64,000 nt of DNA, from assembly GCA_963793305.1 (NCBI GenBank), contig CAWBZV010000005.1, forward strand, positions 64,001 to 128,000, given 5' to 3'. The translations under genes and the position numbers were made by a program. The stretch is from an uncultured Gemmatimonadales bacterium. Its GTDB lineage: Bacteria > Gemmatimonadota > Gemmatimonadetes > Gemmatimonadales > Gemmatimonadaceae. A model generated the notes under the pieces. It did no database searches. It saw only the letters and a list, made by a program, of their open reading frames with translations, and was not told the DNA's origin. Shown here one piece after another: positions 18,429 through 29,142 of the stretch. How positions within the stretch are numbered: position 1 is the stretch's first letter; every line of letters begins with the position of its first letter.

Positions 18429-18692
18429 ATGAAGCGCCTGGCCCTTGTCGCTGCTGCATTCACGCTCGTCGCCGTCGCGTGTAAGGCGAAGGATACCGGA
18501 ACGCAGGGCGCCGATTCGACGTCGACCGCCGCACCCGCGCCCGCGATGGCTCCCGCGCCTACGGCGGATACCGGCATGAAGAAAGACACGTCGATGAAGT
18601 CAATGTCGGCTGATACCGGCATGAAGAAGGACACGGCCATGAAGGGTATGGCCGCCGACACCGGCAAGAAGCACAAGAAGAGCAAGATGTAG
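18429..18692 (+). CDS. Small Met/Lys-rich repeat lipoprotein (MXKDX-repeat-like), 87 aa
   Basis: Strong SD, signal peptide MKR + hydrophobic stretch + AVAC lipobox, repeats ADTGMKKDTxMKxMx, followed by hairpins. Confidence 0.85.
   Translation: MKRLALVAAAFTLVAVACKAKDTGTQGADSTSTAAPAPAMAPAPTADTGMKKDTSMKSMSADTGMKKDTAMKGMAADTGKKHKKSKM
18564..18671 (+). repeat. 45-bp coding tandem repeat, about 2.4 copies
   Basis: Units begin at 18564, 18609 and 18654 (GCnGAyACCGGCAwGAAG...). Confidence 0.85.
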
Positions 18693-18699
18693 TTCCGGT

Positions 18700-18762
18700 G
18701 CTCTGCTCCTGGCAGAGCGAACCGACGAGACGATACGTGGGGCGCGGCGCAATGCTGCGCCC
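18700..18762. terminator. Two GC-rich hairpins between convergent genes (probable terminator)
   Basis: GCTCTGC-TCCTG-GCAGAGC (18700-18718) and GGGCGCGGC-GCAAT-GCTGCGCCC (18740-18762). No strong U tract. Confidence 0.55.
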
Positions 18763-18770
18763 TTCGTGCA

Positions 18771-19340
18771 TCAGGTGCGCGCGATCGCCGAGAGCCGCTC
18801 CTGAAACTCACTCTCACCGATCACGGGCGCGACGTGGTCGACGTTGCACGGGATGTCGTCGTCGAGCTCGAGCCACGACACGCATCCCCCGTATCGCCGA
18901 AGCTCAGGGATGACGACAGGCTGGCGCAGTCGCTCGACGCGGAGTGCCGAAAGCGTCACGCCAGGCTCACGATAAAAGAACCGCGACTCGAGCGCCGAGA
19001 GCGACAACCCGAGCTCGTGCCGCACGAGGGCCAACCGCGCCAGGTCGGTGACCGTCACACAGATCGCCGTATGCGCGACATACTCGATGCGCACGTGCCC
19101 ACTCGGCGCCATGGCTGCATGCGATCGCTCCAATCGCGGGACGAGCGACTCGGACAGTTGCTCCGTCGACTGATGAAACCGGGTCGGATACAACACGAAC
19201 CGGCCGTGCCGCAGCGAAAACCCGGCGCCATGCTGATCGCGAATGCCGCCTTTCCGCACCATTGCGATGATGTCGCCGCTGCCGAGCGCATCGACCATGA
19301 CCGCCCATTCTTTGAGCGCCGTCCGCTCGGTCTGCATCAC
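18771..19340 (-). CDS. DUF1802 family protein
   Basis: ALKEWA..VDALGSG, RKGGI, FVLYPT.FHQ, YGGCVSWLEL. Confidence 0.85.
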   Translation of the reverse strand: MMQTERTALKEWAVMVDALGSGDIIAMVRKGGIRDQHGAGFSLRHGRFVLYPTRFHQSTEQLSESLVPRLERSHAAMAPSGHVRIEYVAHTAICVTVTDLARLALVRHELGLSLSALESRFFYREPGVTLSALRVERLRQPVVIPELRRYGGCVSWLELDDDIPCNVDHVAPVIGESEFQERLSAIART

Positions 19341-20341
19341 GCGTCCGGAAACGGCAGCGCGGTCACGGTTGCCGTGACCTCCCGCTCACCGCGCGCCGTG
19401 ACGTTGCTCCCCAGCGTGATTTCTCGCCGCACGATGGCGAGCGCGATCGGCCCAAGCCGCGGCGAGCATACGATGCTGCGCACGTCGCCGACCGGCTTCC
19501 CATTCGCATCGTGCAATTCCGCCCGCTCGGCCGGCAGCTCGTCCCGCGTGCTCGCGAATCGCAGGCCGCGCAGATGTCGATTGACATGCCCGCGGAAATG
19601 AATGCGCGCGACGGTCTCCTGACCCGTATAACACCCCTTCGTGTAAGAGATCGCGCCCAGCTCGTCCAAGTTGGCTTCTTGCGGGATCGTGGTATCGTCG
19701 ATGTCGATGCCCCACTCGGGGATCCCGGCCTCGACCCGCACGATGTCCCACGTGGTCGCCGAGCAGACCGTGGCGCCGGCCGCGACGAAACGCCGGGTGA
19801 GCGCCTCCCGCGTATCGGCGGGCGCGATGATCTCGTAGCCGCTCACGCCCGTGACGCGAACGATGGTCCCGATGTCGGCCGCGATATGACCGTACGCCGG
19901 CAACGCGGTCAGCGTCTCGAGCGGCAGGCCCGATACGGCGCTGACTGCGTGTCCGGCCATCGCGCCATACACGCCGAGCGCAACGGTCGATGCCGACTCA
20001 TCGGCATTCGGCGTCACGCGTGGATTGATGTACTTCTTCACGATGTCCGCGAAGCCGGGCGCGGCGAGCGCCGGCACGTCGACCATGATCGCATCGTCGA
20101 GCCGCAGGAGACGCACATCGGCGACGATCTTCCCCTTGGGCGTCAGCACCGCCGCGTACTGCCCCTGACCAGGGGTGAGACTCACGACATCGTTCGTCAC
20201 CAGACCGGTGAGCGTGTCGGCCGCCCGCGCGCCGTTGAACCGCCACCGGGCCCGGGCGCTCCTGTCCACGAGGCCGGCGCCGGTCTTGATCGCCGTATAC
20301 TCGCTTGGCAGGATATGAGGCTCGAAGCGAACGGACGTCAT
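19337..20341 (-). CDS. YgfZ/GcvT-family folate-binding protein
   Basis: LTPKGKIVAD, RVEAGIP, PQEANL and the YgfZ signature KGCYTGQE. Confidence 0.9.
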   Translation of the reverse strand: MTSVRFEPHILPSEYTAIKTGAGLVDRSARARWRFNGARAADTLTGLVTNDVVSLTPGQGQYAAVLTPKGKIVADVRLLRLDDAIMVDVPALAAPGFADIVKKYINPRVTPNADESASTVALGVYGAMAGHAVSAVSGLPLETLTALPAYGHIAADIGTIVRVTGVSGYEIIAPADTREALTRRFVAAGATVCSATTWDIVRVEAGIPEWGIDIDDTTIPQEANLDELGAISYTKGCYTGQETVARIHFRGHVNRHLRGLRFASTRDELPAERAELHDANGKPVGDVRSIVCSPRLGPIALAIVRREITLGSNVTARGEREVTATVTALPFPDA

Positions 20342-20345
20342 GTGA

Positions 20346-21599
20346 TCAAGTAAACGGATTCTCCCGAGCCGCGTAAGAGGCGTCGAGGAGGTCAACGGGG
20401 TGGACGACCCGCGCGGTCGCGCCGGACAGCAGAAGGCCCGCGCCGATCTGCATGAGGCAACCGGGGTTGCCGGTGGCGACCCATTCCGCTCCAGACTCGG
20501 CGATCCGCTCGAGCTTCGGCGCGAGCACTCGCGCCGCCAGCTCCGGCTCGAGCAGGTTGTAGATGCCGGCGCTGCCGCAACACTGATCGGCGTCGGCGAG
20601 CGGCACCAGCTCAATCCCAGGTATTGCCCGGAGCACCGCCAGCGGCGCGTCTGCTACCCGCTGCGCATGCAACAGGTGGCACGGCGCATCGTACGTCACG
20701 CGCTTTGCGCGCGGTGCGATCGGCGCTCCAGGCAACGGCCCGGCCGCCGCTAACAGCTCGCTGACGTCCCGCGCTTTCGCCGCCACCGCGGCGGCTCGCG
20801 TACTCCACGCCGGATCGTCCGCGAGCAGGCGGCCATACTCTTTCACCATCGCGCCGCATCCCGCCGCATTGATCGCGATCCACTTCGCTCCGGATTGTTC
20901 GAACGCCGCGACATTGGCGCGCGCCAGCGCTCGCGCGGTACGCGCATCGCCCGCGTGGGCATGCAGCGCGCCGCAGCATCGCTGCGGTGGCGTCTCGATG
21001 ACGCGATAGCCATTGACGTTGAGCGTCCGCTCCGTCGCCCGGTTCGTCTCGGCGAACAGGCCCTCCATAACGCACCCTCGGAGCAGCGCGACCATCCCTC
21101 GCTCACTGGTCGTCTCGACGCGGTACGCACGCTGTGGTACTACTTGCCGTGTCGCGGCCAGCATTGCCAATGGCACACGCCACCCTGCGAGGATGTCCGG
21201 GATACGCGTTGCGCGAAGCGCACGTGCACAGAACAGTGCTGCGCGCAGTAAGAGAGGCGAGGCGAAGACGCCGAGCACGATGCGCCCGATGAGCGGGATG
21301 GGCCGCTCGGCGACAATCGTCGCCCGTGTGGCCTCGAGCAGATGCCCGTACGGCACGCCGGACGGGCAGACGGTCTCGCACGCCCGGCAGCCGAGGCAGC
21401 GCCCGATGTGCGTGTCGATCGTGGGATCGAGGACGTCGAGATTGCCCTCCACGAGCGCCCGCATCAACATGAGCCTTCCTCGCGGGCTATCGTTCTCGTC
21501 ACCGGTCGCGAGATACGTCGGACAGGCTTGCAAGCAGAACCCGCAGTGCACGCACTGATCGAGTCCATGACGTTCCATGCTGAGCGGCGTCTCAGGCAT
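20346..21599 (-). CDS. glcF: Glycolate oxidase iron-sulfur subunit
   Basis: CVHCGFCLQACP and CLGCRACETVCP 4Fe-4S motifs, two CCG domains; adjacent to glcD/E. Confidence 0.9.
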   Translation of the reverse strand: MPETPLSMERHGLDQCVHCGFCLQACPTYLATGDENDSPRGRLMLMRALVEGNLDVLDPTIDTHIGRCLGCRACETVCPSGVPYGHLLEATRATIVAERPIPLIGRIVLGVFASPLLLRAALFCARALRATRIPDILAGWRVPLAMLAATRQVVPQRAYRVETTSERGMVALLRGCVMEGLFAETNRATERTLNVNGYRVIETPPQRCCGALHAHAGDARTARALARANVAAFEQSGAKWIAINAAGCGAMVKEYGRLLADDPAWSTRAAAVAAKARDVSELLAAAGPLPGAPIAPRAKRVTYDAPCHLLHAQRVADAPLAVLRAIPGIELVPLADADQCCGSAGIYNLLEPELAARVLAPKLERIAESGAEWVATGNPGCLMQIGAGLLLSGATARVVHPVDLLDASYAARENPFT

Positions 21600-22653
21600 G
21601 CCCAAATATCCCTGGATTGAGCAGCCGCTGCGGGTCAAACGCCGCCCGCAAATCGCGCGACAGGAGATCGGACGCCGGCCCCGGCCCGAGCGCCTGCCAC
21701 GCGGCCGCGCCCAGTCGTTCGCCGATGACGGTACTCAACCCCTCGGGCACGACGTCCAACCCGATGCACCGCACAATCCCACGCCCTGGACTCGCGTCGA
21801 GCACGCGGTCACCCGCCACGAGCACATCCCAAATGGCGCCGACTCGCGTCGGCAAGTCCGAGCATCGAAACACCGATGCCCCCTCCCCGTCGGCAGCACG
21901 AAGCCCGCGCCACACGTCACTTGGATACTCGACCGCCGGCCCGAGCGCGCCGCGCTGAGCCGCCACCGATCGCGCATTGCCCGCGATCCGCACCAGGATG
22001 GCCGCGTCGTCGACGCCGAGGTCGAGCGAACGCGCCAGCGCCGCGCTCACCACGTCGAGCGCGATCGGCGCAACGGATGCCGCCGCGAGGCGATCGAGCA
22101 CCGGCGCGATCTCACGCCAGCTTCGCCCAACCGGTATGACGAACGTCTCGTCGACCGCGGGCTTCGCGTGCAGCCGAACGGTGACCTTCGTGATGACGCC
22201 CAATGTCCCCCATGACCCGGTGATACCCCGCGTGAGATCGAATCCCGCGACGTTCTTGACGACGCGCCCTCCACCCTGGACGACAGCGCCGGTCCCGGTC
22301 ACGGCCTCGACGCCGAGGACGAGATCGCGCGGCCGCCCAAACGCGTGGGCCAATGGTCCGGCCGACGCGGTCGCGATCGTGGCTCCGAGTGTCCCGGCAT
22401 CCGTACCGTACGGATCGAGCGCCAACCACTGACGCTCCGCCGCGGTCGCCTGGGCGATGTCGCCCAGCGTCGTGCCGGCGTGCGCGGTGAGCGTCAAGTC
22501 GCCCGGCGTGTACTCGACGAGTCCCGACAACGCCCCCAGCTCGACGACGCGCGCGGCGTCCACCGGTCGCCCCGCATCGAGCCACGTGCCGGCGCCAACG
22601 ATGCGCATCGGCACGCCTTCGAGCACGATGTCCCGGATCGCGTCAGCGTTCAC
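21592..22653 (-). CDS. glcE: Glycolate oxidase FAD-binding subunit
   Basis: YTPGDLTLT, RDLVLG, GGRVVKNVAGFDL, GSWGTLG, FDPQRLLNPG. Start GTG 22653 approximate. Confidence 0.87.
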   Translation of the reverse strand: MNADAIRDIVLEGVPMRIVGAGTWLDAGRPVDAARVVELGALSGLVEYTPGDLTLTAHAGTTLGDIAQATAAERQWLALDPYGTDAGTLGATIATASAGPLAHAFGRPRDLVLGVEAVTGTGAVVQGGGRVVKNVAGFDLTRGITGSWGTLGVITKVTVRLHAKPAVDETFVIPVGRSWREIAPVLDRLAAASVAPIALDVVSAALARSLDLGVDDAAILVRIAGNARSVAAQRGALGPAVEYPSDVWRGLRAADGEGASVFRCSDLPTRVGAIWDVLVAGDRVLDASPGRGIVRCIGLDVVPEGLSTVIGERLGAAAWQALGPGPASDLLSRDLRAAFDPQRLLNPGIFGHA

Positions 22654-24041
22654 GACAATTATGTATGGGGACGACCTTGCCTGGATTCGCTCTCCGCTCG
22701 GGATCAAAGACGGTCCGCAACGCGCACTGGGCCGCGAGGGACTCGCTTGAGAAGATGCGGTCCATGTACTCGATCTTATCGAGTCCCACGCCGTGCTCGC
22801 CGGTGATCGACCCACCGGCGTCAATGCACACCTGCATGATCTCGCGCATCGCCGCCTGCACCCGACGCACCTCATCGGGATCCGTGCCGCGATATGGGAT
22901 GTTGGGGTGCAAATTGCCATCCCCGGCGTGAAAAACGTTGCACACGGTGACGCCATATCGCGCGGCGATGGCTCTTGTCTGAGCGAGTACGCTCGCCAGT
23001 GCGGTGCGGGGAACGACGGCATCCTGCACGACGAGATGCGAGCCCAGTCGCCCCATAGCGCCGAACGCTTTTTTTCTCCCCTGCCACAACCTCGCCCGCT
23101 CGGCCGGATCCAATGCGACGTGCACCGTGCGCGCGCCGTGCGCGAGACAGATCCCGCGAATCGTCTCCGCGTCATCGTCCAACCCGTCGGCGAGTCCGTC
23201 GACCTCCGCGAGCAGAGATGGCATCGGCATCGGTCGGGTACCCTGCCGCATAGATCGACTGCTCAACGGCCCGAATCGTCGGCCCGTCCATCATCTCGAG
23301 CGCCGCCGGAATGACACCAGACGCCACGATCGCCGACGTGGCGTGCGCCGCATCATCGAGCGACAGGAAATCGGCGAGCAGCGTCCGCACCGCTTGCGGG
23401 TTCGGCGTGAGCCGCACGGTGATGTCGATCGCCACGCCGAAGCACCCTTCCGAGCCCACGAACAACCCGAGCAGATCGTAGCCTTCGCGCTCGCCGGCGG
23501 GATTCCCGAGCGTGACGACCGCGCCGTCCGGCAACACGACGGTCAGCGCGACGATGTGATTGAGCGTCACGCCGTACTTGAGGCAGTGCGGCCCGCCGGC
23601 ATTCTCGGCGACATTCCCGCCAACGGTGCACGCGGCCTGGCTCGATGGATCGGGCGCGTAATGCAACCCGTACGGCGCAACGGCGCGACTGAGTGCCGCG
23701 TTCACCACGCCGGGCTCTACGACCGCCAGCCGGTTGACCGGATCGATCGACAGGATGCGGGTCAGCCTGTTCAGTCCCAACAACACGACGCCGTCCGCCA
23801 GCGCCCCGCCCGATAGCCCCGTCCCCGCTCCGCGGGGAACGAATGGGACCCCAGCGGCTGCTAATGCACGGACCACCGACACGACTTGATCGCGAGTTTC
23901 CGGAAAGACCGCCATCGACGGCTGCTTTTTATACCCGGGCAACCCATTGGCCGTATAGACCAGCAACTCACTCGGCCGCACCCGAACCCCGTGCGCGCCG
24001 ACGATAGCAATCAGCGTTTCAGGCGCCAGGGTGTGGGCCAT
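22643..24041 (-). CDS. glcD: Glycolate oxidase subunit (FAD-linked oxidase), +1 frameshift near 23216
   Basis: PRGAGTGLSGG, APDPSS, NAGGPHCLKYG in one frame; HAGDGNLHP, GEHGVG, NPGK in the next. Joined length about 465 aa. Confidence 0.9.
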
Positions 24042-24681
24042 GTCCGTTGGATTTCGCACGCACGTGCACCGTGGCGCGGCGTTCCAGCGAGTCGACCGCC
24101 GGCGACAGCAGCAATTCGATGTCCCGGAGCCGAGCGCTCGGCGAACGCGACACGAGAAGCCGCTGCCGGGCCGGCGCATCCATCTCGATGAGCGCCGCCA
24201 CCGCGAAGGCGAGCAACGCCGGATCGTCGGGAAGGATCGGCAACGCGTCGGGGTCATCCTGAATCGTGCGCGCCGCGGTCCCGACCCGCTCGAACAGCTC
24301 CCGCACCCGCGACGCACCCGGCGCCAATGTCAGCGGTGGCTCGTCCGCGTCATCGTAGGTCGACGCCTCGGCCACGTGGTACGGCCGCGTCGAATCGAGA
24401 TAGCGATCGAGGGCGAACCGATCGGTGCCACGCACGATCACATTCGACCGCCCGTCCGGCAGCAGCTCGGTACTCTCGACCCGCGCGACGCATCCGACGT
24501 GCCCCGACGGGAGGTCCCGCTCGGCGACACCATCCGGCCGAAGCGCGATGCCGAACTCGCGGTCGCCCTCGAGGCAATCGGCGAGCATGATGCGATACCG
24601 CGGCTCGAAGATGTGCAACGGGAGCGGCACGCCTGGAAACAGCACCAGCGGGAGCGGAAACAGCGGGAGCCGGCGCGTCAT
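24019..24681 (-). CDS. LON peptidase substrate-binding (LON_N) domain protein
   Basis: LPLFPLPLVLFPGVPLPLHIFEPRY, DGRSNV; no ATPase or protease domain. Confidence 0.9.
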   Translation of the reverse strand: MTRRLPLFPLPLVLFPGVPLPLHIFEPRYRIMLADCLEGDREFGIALRPDGVAERDLPSGHVGCVARVESTELLPDGRSNVIVRGTDRFALDRYLDSTRPYHVAEASTYDDADEPPLTLAPGASRVRELFERVGTAARTIQDDPDALPILPDDPALLAFAVAALIEMDAPARQRLLVSRSPSARLRDIELLLSPAVDSLERRATVHVRAKSNGHGPHPGA

Positions 24682-27600
24682 CACGTTCGCAATGTAACGC
24701 TCGATGGTGGCACCGAGACGGTGGCCTTCCGCTCCAGCTTGCCCCAGCCGACGACGCGCCCGTGCAGCGCGGCCATGAACGACCGGACGACGACCCAGTA
24801 CATGAGCTGCCGGTACACGAAGCGTTGGATAAATATGAGCCACGTGAGCGCGTAGTCCTCGTCGGGCTCCATCAGAAACGCGACGACCGCGCCGAGCCAG
24901 TCGACGAGGAGGAACACCGCGTAGTACGTGAGCACCTTCTCGAGGCTCGTAAGCGCGTACGTTGCCCCATGGGTGTAGCGCGTCTCGACGATCGACACGA
25001 GACTCCACAAGAACATGAGATCGGCGAGCGGCGACAGCGCCGGGAGCAGCAGCTGGAACAGCCACACGTTCGGGAGTGCGACCCAACCGAGCGATCCGTA
25101 TTTCTTGCGGAACAACGTGTCCCGATGCTTCCAAGCGCATTGCAACGTTCCAAATGACCAACGAAACCGCTGGCGCGCGAGGGTTCTCAGCGTATCCGGC
25201 GCCTCGGTATACCCGATCGCGCCGTCGGCGTAGGCAATCGAAGACCCGGTTCTGCGTATCCGCAGGGTGAGGTCCTGATCCTCGGCGAGCGTGTCGTTCT
25301 GGAACCCCCCGACTTCCTGGATCAATGATCTTCGCCAAGCCCCGACGGCGCCCGGCACGACGGTGATGCCGTTCAGCAGAGAAAACGCACGCCGATCGAG
25401 ATTCTGACTCGTCACATACTCCAGTGCCTGCCAACGCGTGACGAGGTTGACCCTGTTCCCGACCTTGGCGTTCCCAGCGACCGCGCCTACGAGAGGATCG
25501 GCCAAGGGCTGCACCAACTCGGCGACAGTATCAGTGGCGAAGATCGTATCGGCGTCGAGCCCGATAACGATATCGTGGTGCGCTTTCGTCAGGCCGAAGT
25601 TCAGGGCCGACGCTTTGCCGCCATTCTCCTTCTGGTAGATGTGCACGCGGGGATGCGTGCCGTACGCCTCGAGCGCGATGTGGTAGGTGCGGTCGGAAGA
25701 GCCATCGTCCACGACCACCACTTCCAGATCACCGTCGTATGCTTGCCCGAGCAGGCTCTCGATTGTGCGCAGGATGACTTTCCCTTCGTTGTACGCGGGC
25801 ACGATCACGCTGACACCGGGCGCAAACGGGGTCGGCGCGCCCCGTCGTTGATGCCCACGAATGCGCTGGATGATCGCCAGTGGCCCGATGACGAGCAATC
25901 GGGCAACGCCGAGGATGACGGCGACCATGAAGATCCAGTAGAACACGATCTCGAGAATGCCGTAGGCGCCGAGTCCGAGGAGATCGATCACGCGCGTGAC
26001 TTCGTCGACGGGCGGTAGCGGCGGCATCGCCTGATCGCGCGGGATGCCCACCAGGGCCGAGACGAGGACGAGCGTGTCGCCGCGCGCGCGGAGCGAGTCG
26101 ATGATCGTGCCGAGCGCCTCGACGGTCCGCGACCGATCGCCACCGCCATCGTGCAGCAGCACGATGTTGCCGCTATCGCGCGCGGCGAGCACGTTGCGCA
26201 CGATCTGCGGCACGGGGATCGGCTGCCAATCTTCCGCGTCGTCGCGCAGGCCGATCGTGAGGTACTTCTTGTCCGTGGCCACGGCCACCGCGTCGAGCTC
26301 GTCCGTCGTGGTCGGGGTCGCGTCTCCGAAGTACGGCGGCCGGAAGAACGCGGTGCGGTGATCGATGACCGATTGGATCACGTGCTCATTCACGTCGATC
26401 TCCCGCGCCGTGCGCCATCGACCGACGAGCGCGAGATTCGGGTGCGTCATCGTGTGATTCCCGATCTCGTGGCCTTCGCGATACTCGCGCTGCAACAGCG
26501 GAATGTGCGGCAGAATGTTGTCGCCGATCACGAAGAAGGTCGCCGGCGCATGCCGCGACAACAGCGTGTCGAGGATCTGCGGCGTCCAGCGGCCATCCGG
26601 TCCGTCGTCGAACGTGAGCGCGACCTCGTGTTCGCGGTACCCGTAGCGGTCGACGACATACGGGTGCGGCACGACCGTGATCGAGTCGCGGGTGATGAGC
26701 GCGCTCGCGGGATCGATGCGAAAGGTGCGCTCGCCCTCGGTGGGCCGCTCGCGGATGTGCAGGATCTCGCCGCCGGAGTCGACCTTGTCCGGGCCTTCCG
26801 TGAACTCATCCTCGATGAACTCAACGTCGTAGCCGGGCGGGATCACGCGCAAGCTGTCTGGCGAGCCATCGAGCCCGCGGCGGCCGAGCACCGCCCATAA
26901 CAATGGGTCTTCCGCGCCCAGGCGCCAGATCGCCGTGCCCGCGGCGCCGAGCTCTTGACCCACGCGCAGCTGGTTGTAGGCGGTCACGCCGTCGAGGTAC
27001 CAGAGCACGTGATCGGTCGAGTCGGCGTCCGTCCACTGGACGTACGGGTTGAGCGAGACCGAATCGAAGTGCGTCGCGACGTTGTGCGTGCGCGCCGCGG
27101 CCATCGCTTCCTGGAACGTCTGCTGTGTGGCCTGCGGCAAGCTCGGGTCATCGTTCCAGTCGAACCCGTAGGCGCCGATCATCAGAATGACCTTTTCCGG
27201 CGGCACGAGCGACAGGATGCGGCGCGCGTGTTGCTCGTAGAACGATTGGCTCGCGATCGGCCCGGGCGCGCCGGCCTCGTAGTGCTCGTCGAAGAGCATG
27301 GCGAACAAGTAGTCGTCCACCGCCGCGAGTCGCCGCAGCAAGCTCGGCTCGATCTCCGCATGGATGCTCTGCGTCACGAGACGCTTCGAGGGGGCGAGCG
27401 CCAGTCGCATCTCGCGCGTGAACTCGACGAGCGAATCCTGCAGCTTGTCCGGGACATCCTCGAGGTCGATCGTGACCCCCGCGAGCGAATCTTTGAGGAT
27501 CACGTCGCGGAGTTGCGCGATCACCTTTTGCCGGGCGTCGACGTGCGTGAGCAGGTACTTCACGGCCGGGACGTTGAATCCGCCCGGTTTCCCCGGTGAC

Positions 27601-28152
27601 AGCGCGCTGTCGAAGTTGCTGAGCATGATGAAAAACGCCGGCGGCGATTGGTCGCGCGTTTGGCGCGCGACGTCGAAGACCGTCCGGTCGATGCGCAGCG
27701 CGGCCGAGTCGCCGGTATGCGACAGGAACGACCACTCGCCGACGACCCAGTCGAGGTCATTGATGTGCTTGTTCAGCGACGCGCGGGAGTTGTCCTGCCA
27801 GTTGATATAAAACCCCGCCACGATCTGATCTGTCGGAACGTCGTGGCCGAGCGTTCAGGGTGCCGCCGCCTGGCGGGATCAGGTCCGCTTTTCGCGCCGG
27901 GGGCGCCCGCCGAAAGACCTGCGCGACCCGACGGCGGAACGCATTTCGTTCACGCTGGTCCCGCGTCACGGCGAACGGCTCCGTGTGCTCGACCTTCAAC
28001 GTCGGTGCGATCGGCGGCGTGAGCACGCTGATCGCCAGAAAAACCCCGACCACTGTCGCGAGCGCGCCAAGCGTTATCCATAGGCGCCGCCACCCCCGGG
28101 CCCGGCGGCCGTAGGGGTCGAGAAAGACTGGCTTGACGGGGTCGTGAGACAT
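24681..28152 (-). CDS. GH18-like + NodB polysaccharide deacetylase + GT2 (PgaC/IcaA-like) fusion protein, +1 frameshift near 27837
   Basis: N-terminal PVFLDP.GRR + TM; GH18 GVTIDLE; CE4 motifs TFDDGP, HT.TH, FRPPY, LLHDGG; GT2 motifs PAYNE, DDGS, DAD, LAED, RQRFRW. Joined length about 1156 aa. Confidence 0.92.
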
Positions 28153-28200
28153 CTCGTGGGGAGAAAGATGTCTCCGGCGTGTCCCTGCCCGGTAGAGCCG

Positions 28201-29094
28201 CTAGGCGGCGTTCCAGAAGCCAGCGAGCGCCCCGCCATCTGGCGACTCCCGGAGCTTCTCAAAGGCCCGCTCGCGAATCTGCCGAATCCGCTCCCGCGTC
28301 ACGCCGAGCAGCGCGCCGATCTTTTCGAGGGTCATGGCCTCGGACCCTTCCTCGAGCCCGTAGTAGAGGCTCAAGATGCGCCGCTCGCGCGGCGTCAGGT
28401 ACTTCCGGAACGCTTTCTCGATGAACTCGCACCTGAGCGTACAATCCGTCGAGTCCTCGATCTCGCCGCCATCGACACCGGCAAACCGCTCGCCGAGTGT
28501 CGCCGCCTCGCGATCCGATCGATCGATGGGCGCGTCGAGCGACACCTCGGTCGACGACATTTGCTTCGCCGCGCGAACGGTCTCTGGCGTTTCCTCGATG
28601 AGCCGCCCGATCTCGTGGTCGGTCGGATCGCGCCGCAGCACTTGCGCCAGAATCGTTTCGGCTCTGGCGAGCTTGATCAGCTGCGAATTTTGATTGAGCG
28701 GGATGCGCACCGATCGCGTCTGTTCGGCCAGTGCCTTGAGCACCGCCTGCCGCACCCACCACACGGCATACGAGATGAACTTGACGCCTTGATCGGGATC
28801 GAACTTGCGTACGGCTTTGAGCAGCCCTTCGTTGCCGATGGCGACGAGCTCGGACAAGTCGAGGCCGTGCCCTTGATATTTTTTCACGTACGAGATGACG
28901 AATCGCAGGTTTGCCGTGACCAACCGCTCGGCGGCTTGTTCATCACCACGCTGCACCCGGCGCGCCAGCCGTCGCTCCTCTTCAACCTCTTTGATTAACG
29001 GCAGCTTCTGAATGTCGAGGAGGTACTGATCGAAAGCGGTGGAGGGGGCGTTACGGAAGAACCCTTTCGTGCTGCTTTCGGTCAGTGATTGCAT
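28201..29094 (-). CDS. RNA polymerase sigma70-family factor (RpoD/RpoS-like, lacking region 1.1)
   Basis: LVTANLRFV, GNEGLLKAVRKFDP, KFISYAVWWVRQA, VRIP, TLEKIG...VTRERIRQI; 297 aa. Confidence 0.95.
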   Translation of the reverse strand: MQSLTESSTKGFFRNAPSTAFDQYLLDIQKLPLIKEVEEERRLARRVQRGDEQAAERLVTANLRFVISYVKKYQGHGLDLSELVAIGNEGLLKAVRKFDPDQGVKFISYAVWWVRQAVLKALAEQTRSVRIPLNQNSQLIKLARAETILAQVLRRDPTDHEIGRLIEETPETVRAAKQMSSTEVSLDAPIDRSDREAATLGERFAGVDGGEIEDSTDCTLRCEFIEKAFRKYLTPRERRILSLYYGLEEGSEAMTLEKIGALLGVTRERIRQIRERAFEKLRESPDGGALAGFWNAA

Positions 29095-29142
29095 ACCCAG
29101 TGGGGCTGGGGAGGAAAACCCGGGGCGCCCACTGTAATAATC

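Noticed and set aside
18296..18817. 173-aa - strand ORF with FFMPVSA repeats
   Set aside because: Antisense image of the lipoprotein repeat. The + strand gene has the SD, promoter and lipobox.
28144..28998. 284-aa + strand ORF antisense to the sigma factor
   Set aside because: Shadow ORF typical of GC-rich DNA; no motifs, and the opposite strand is a clear sigma70.
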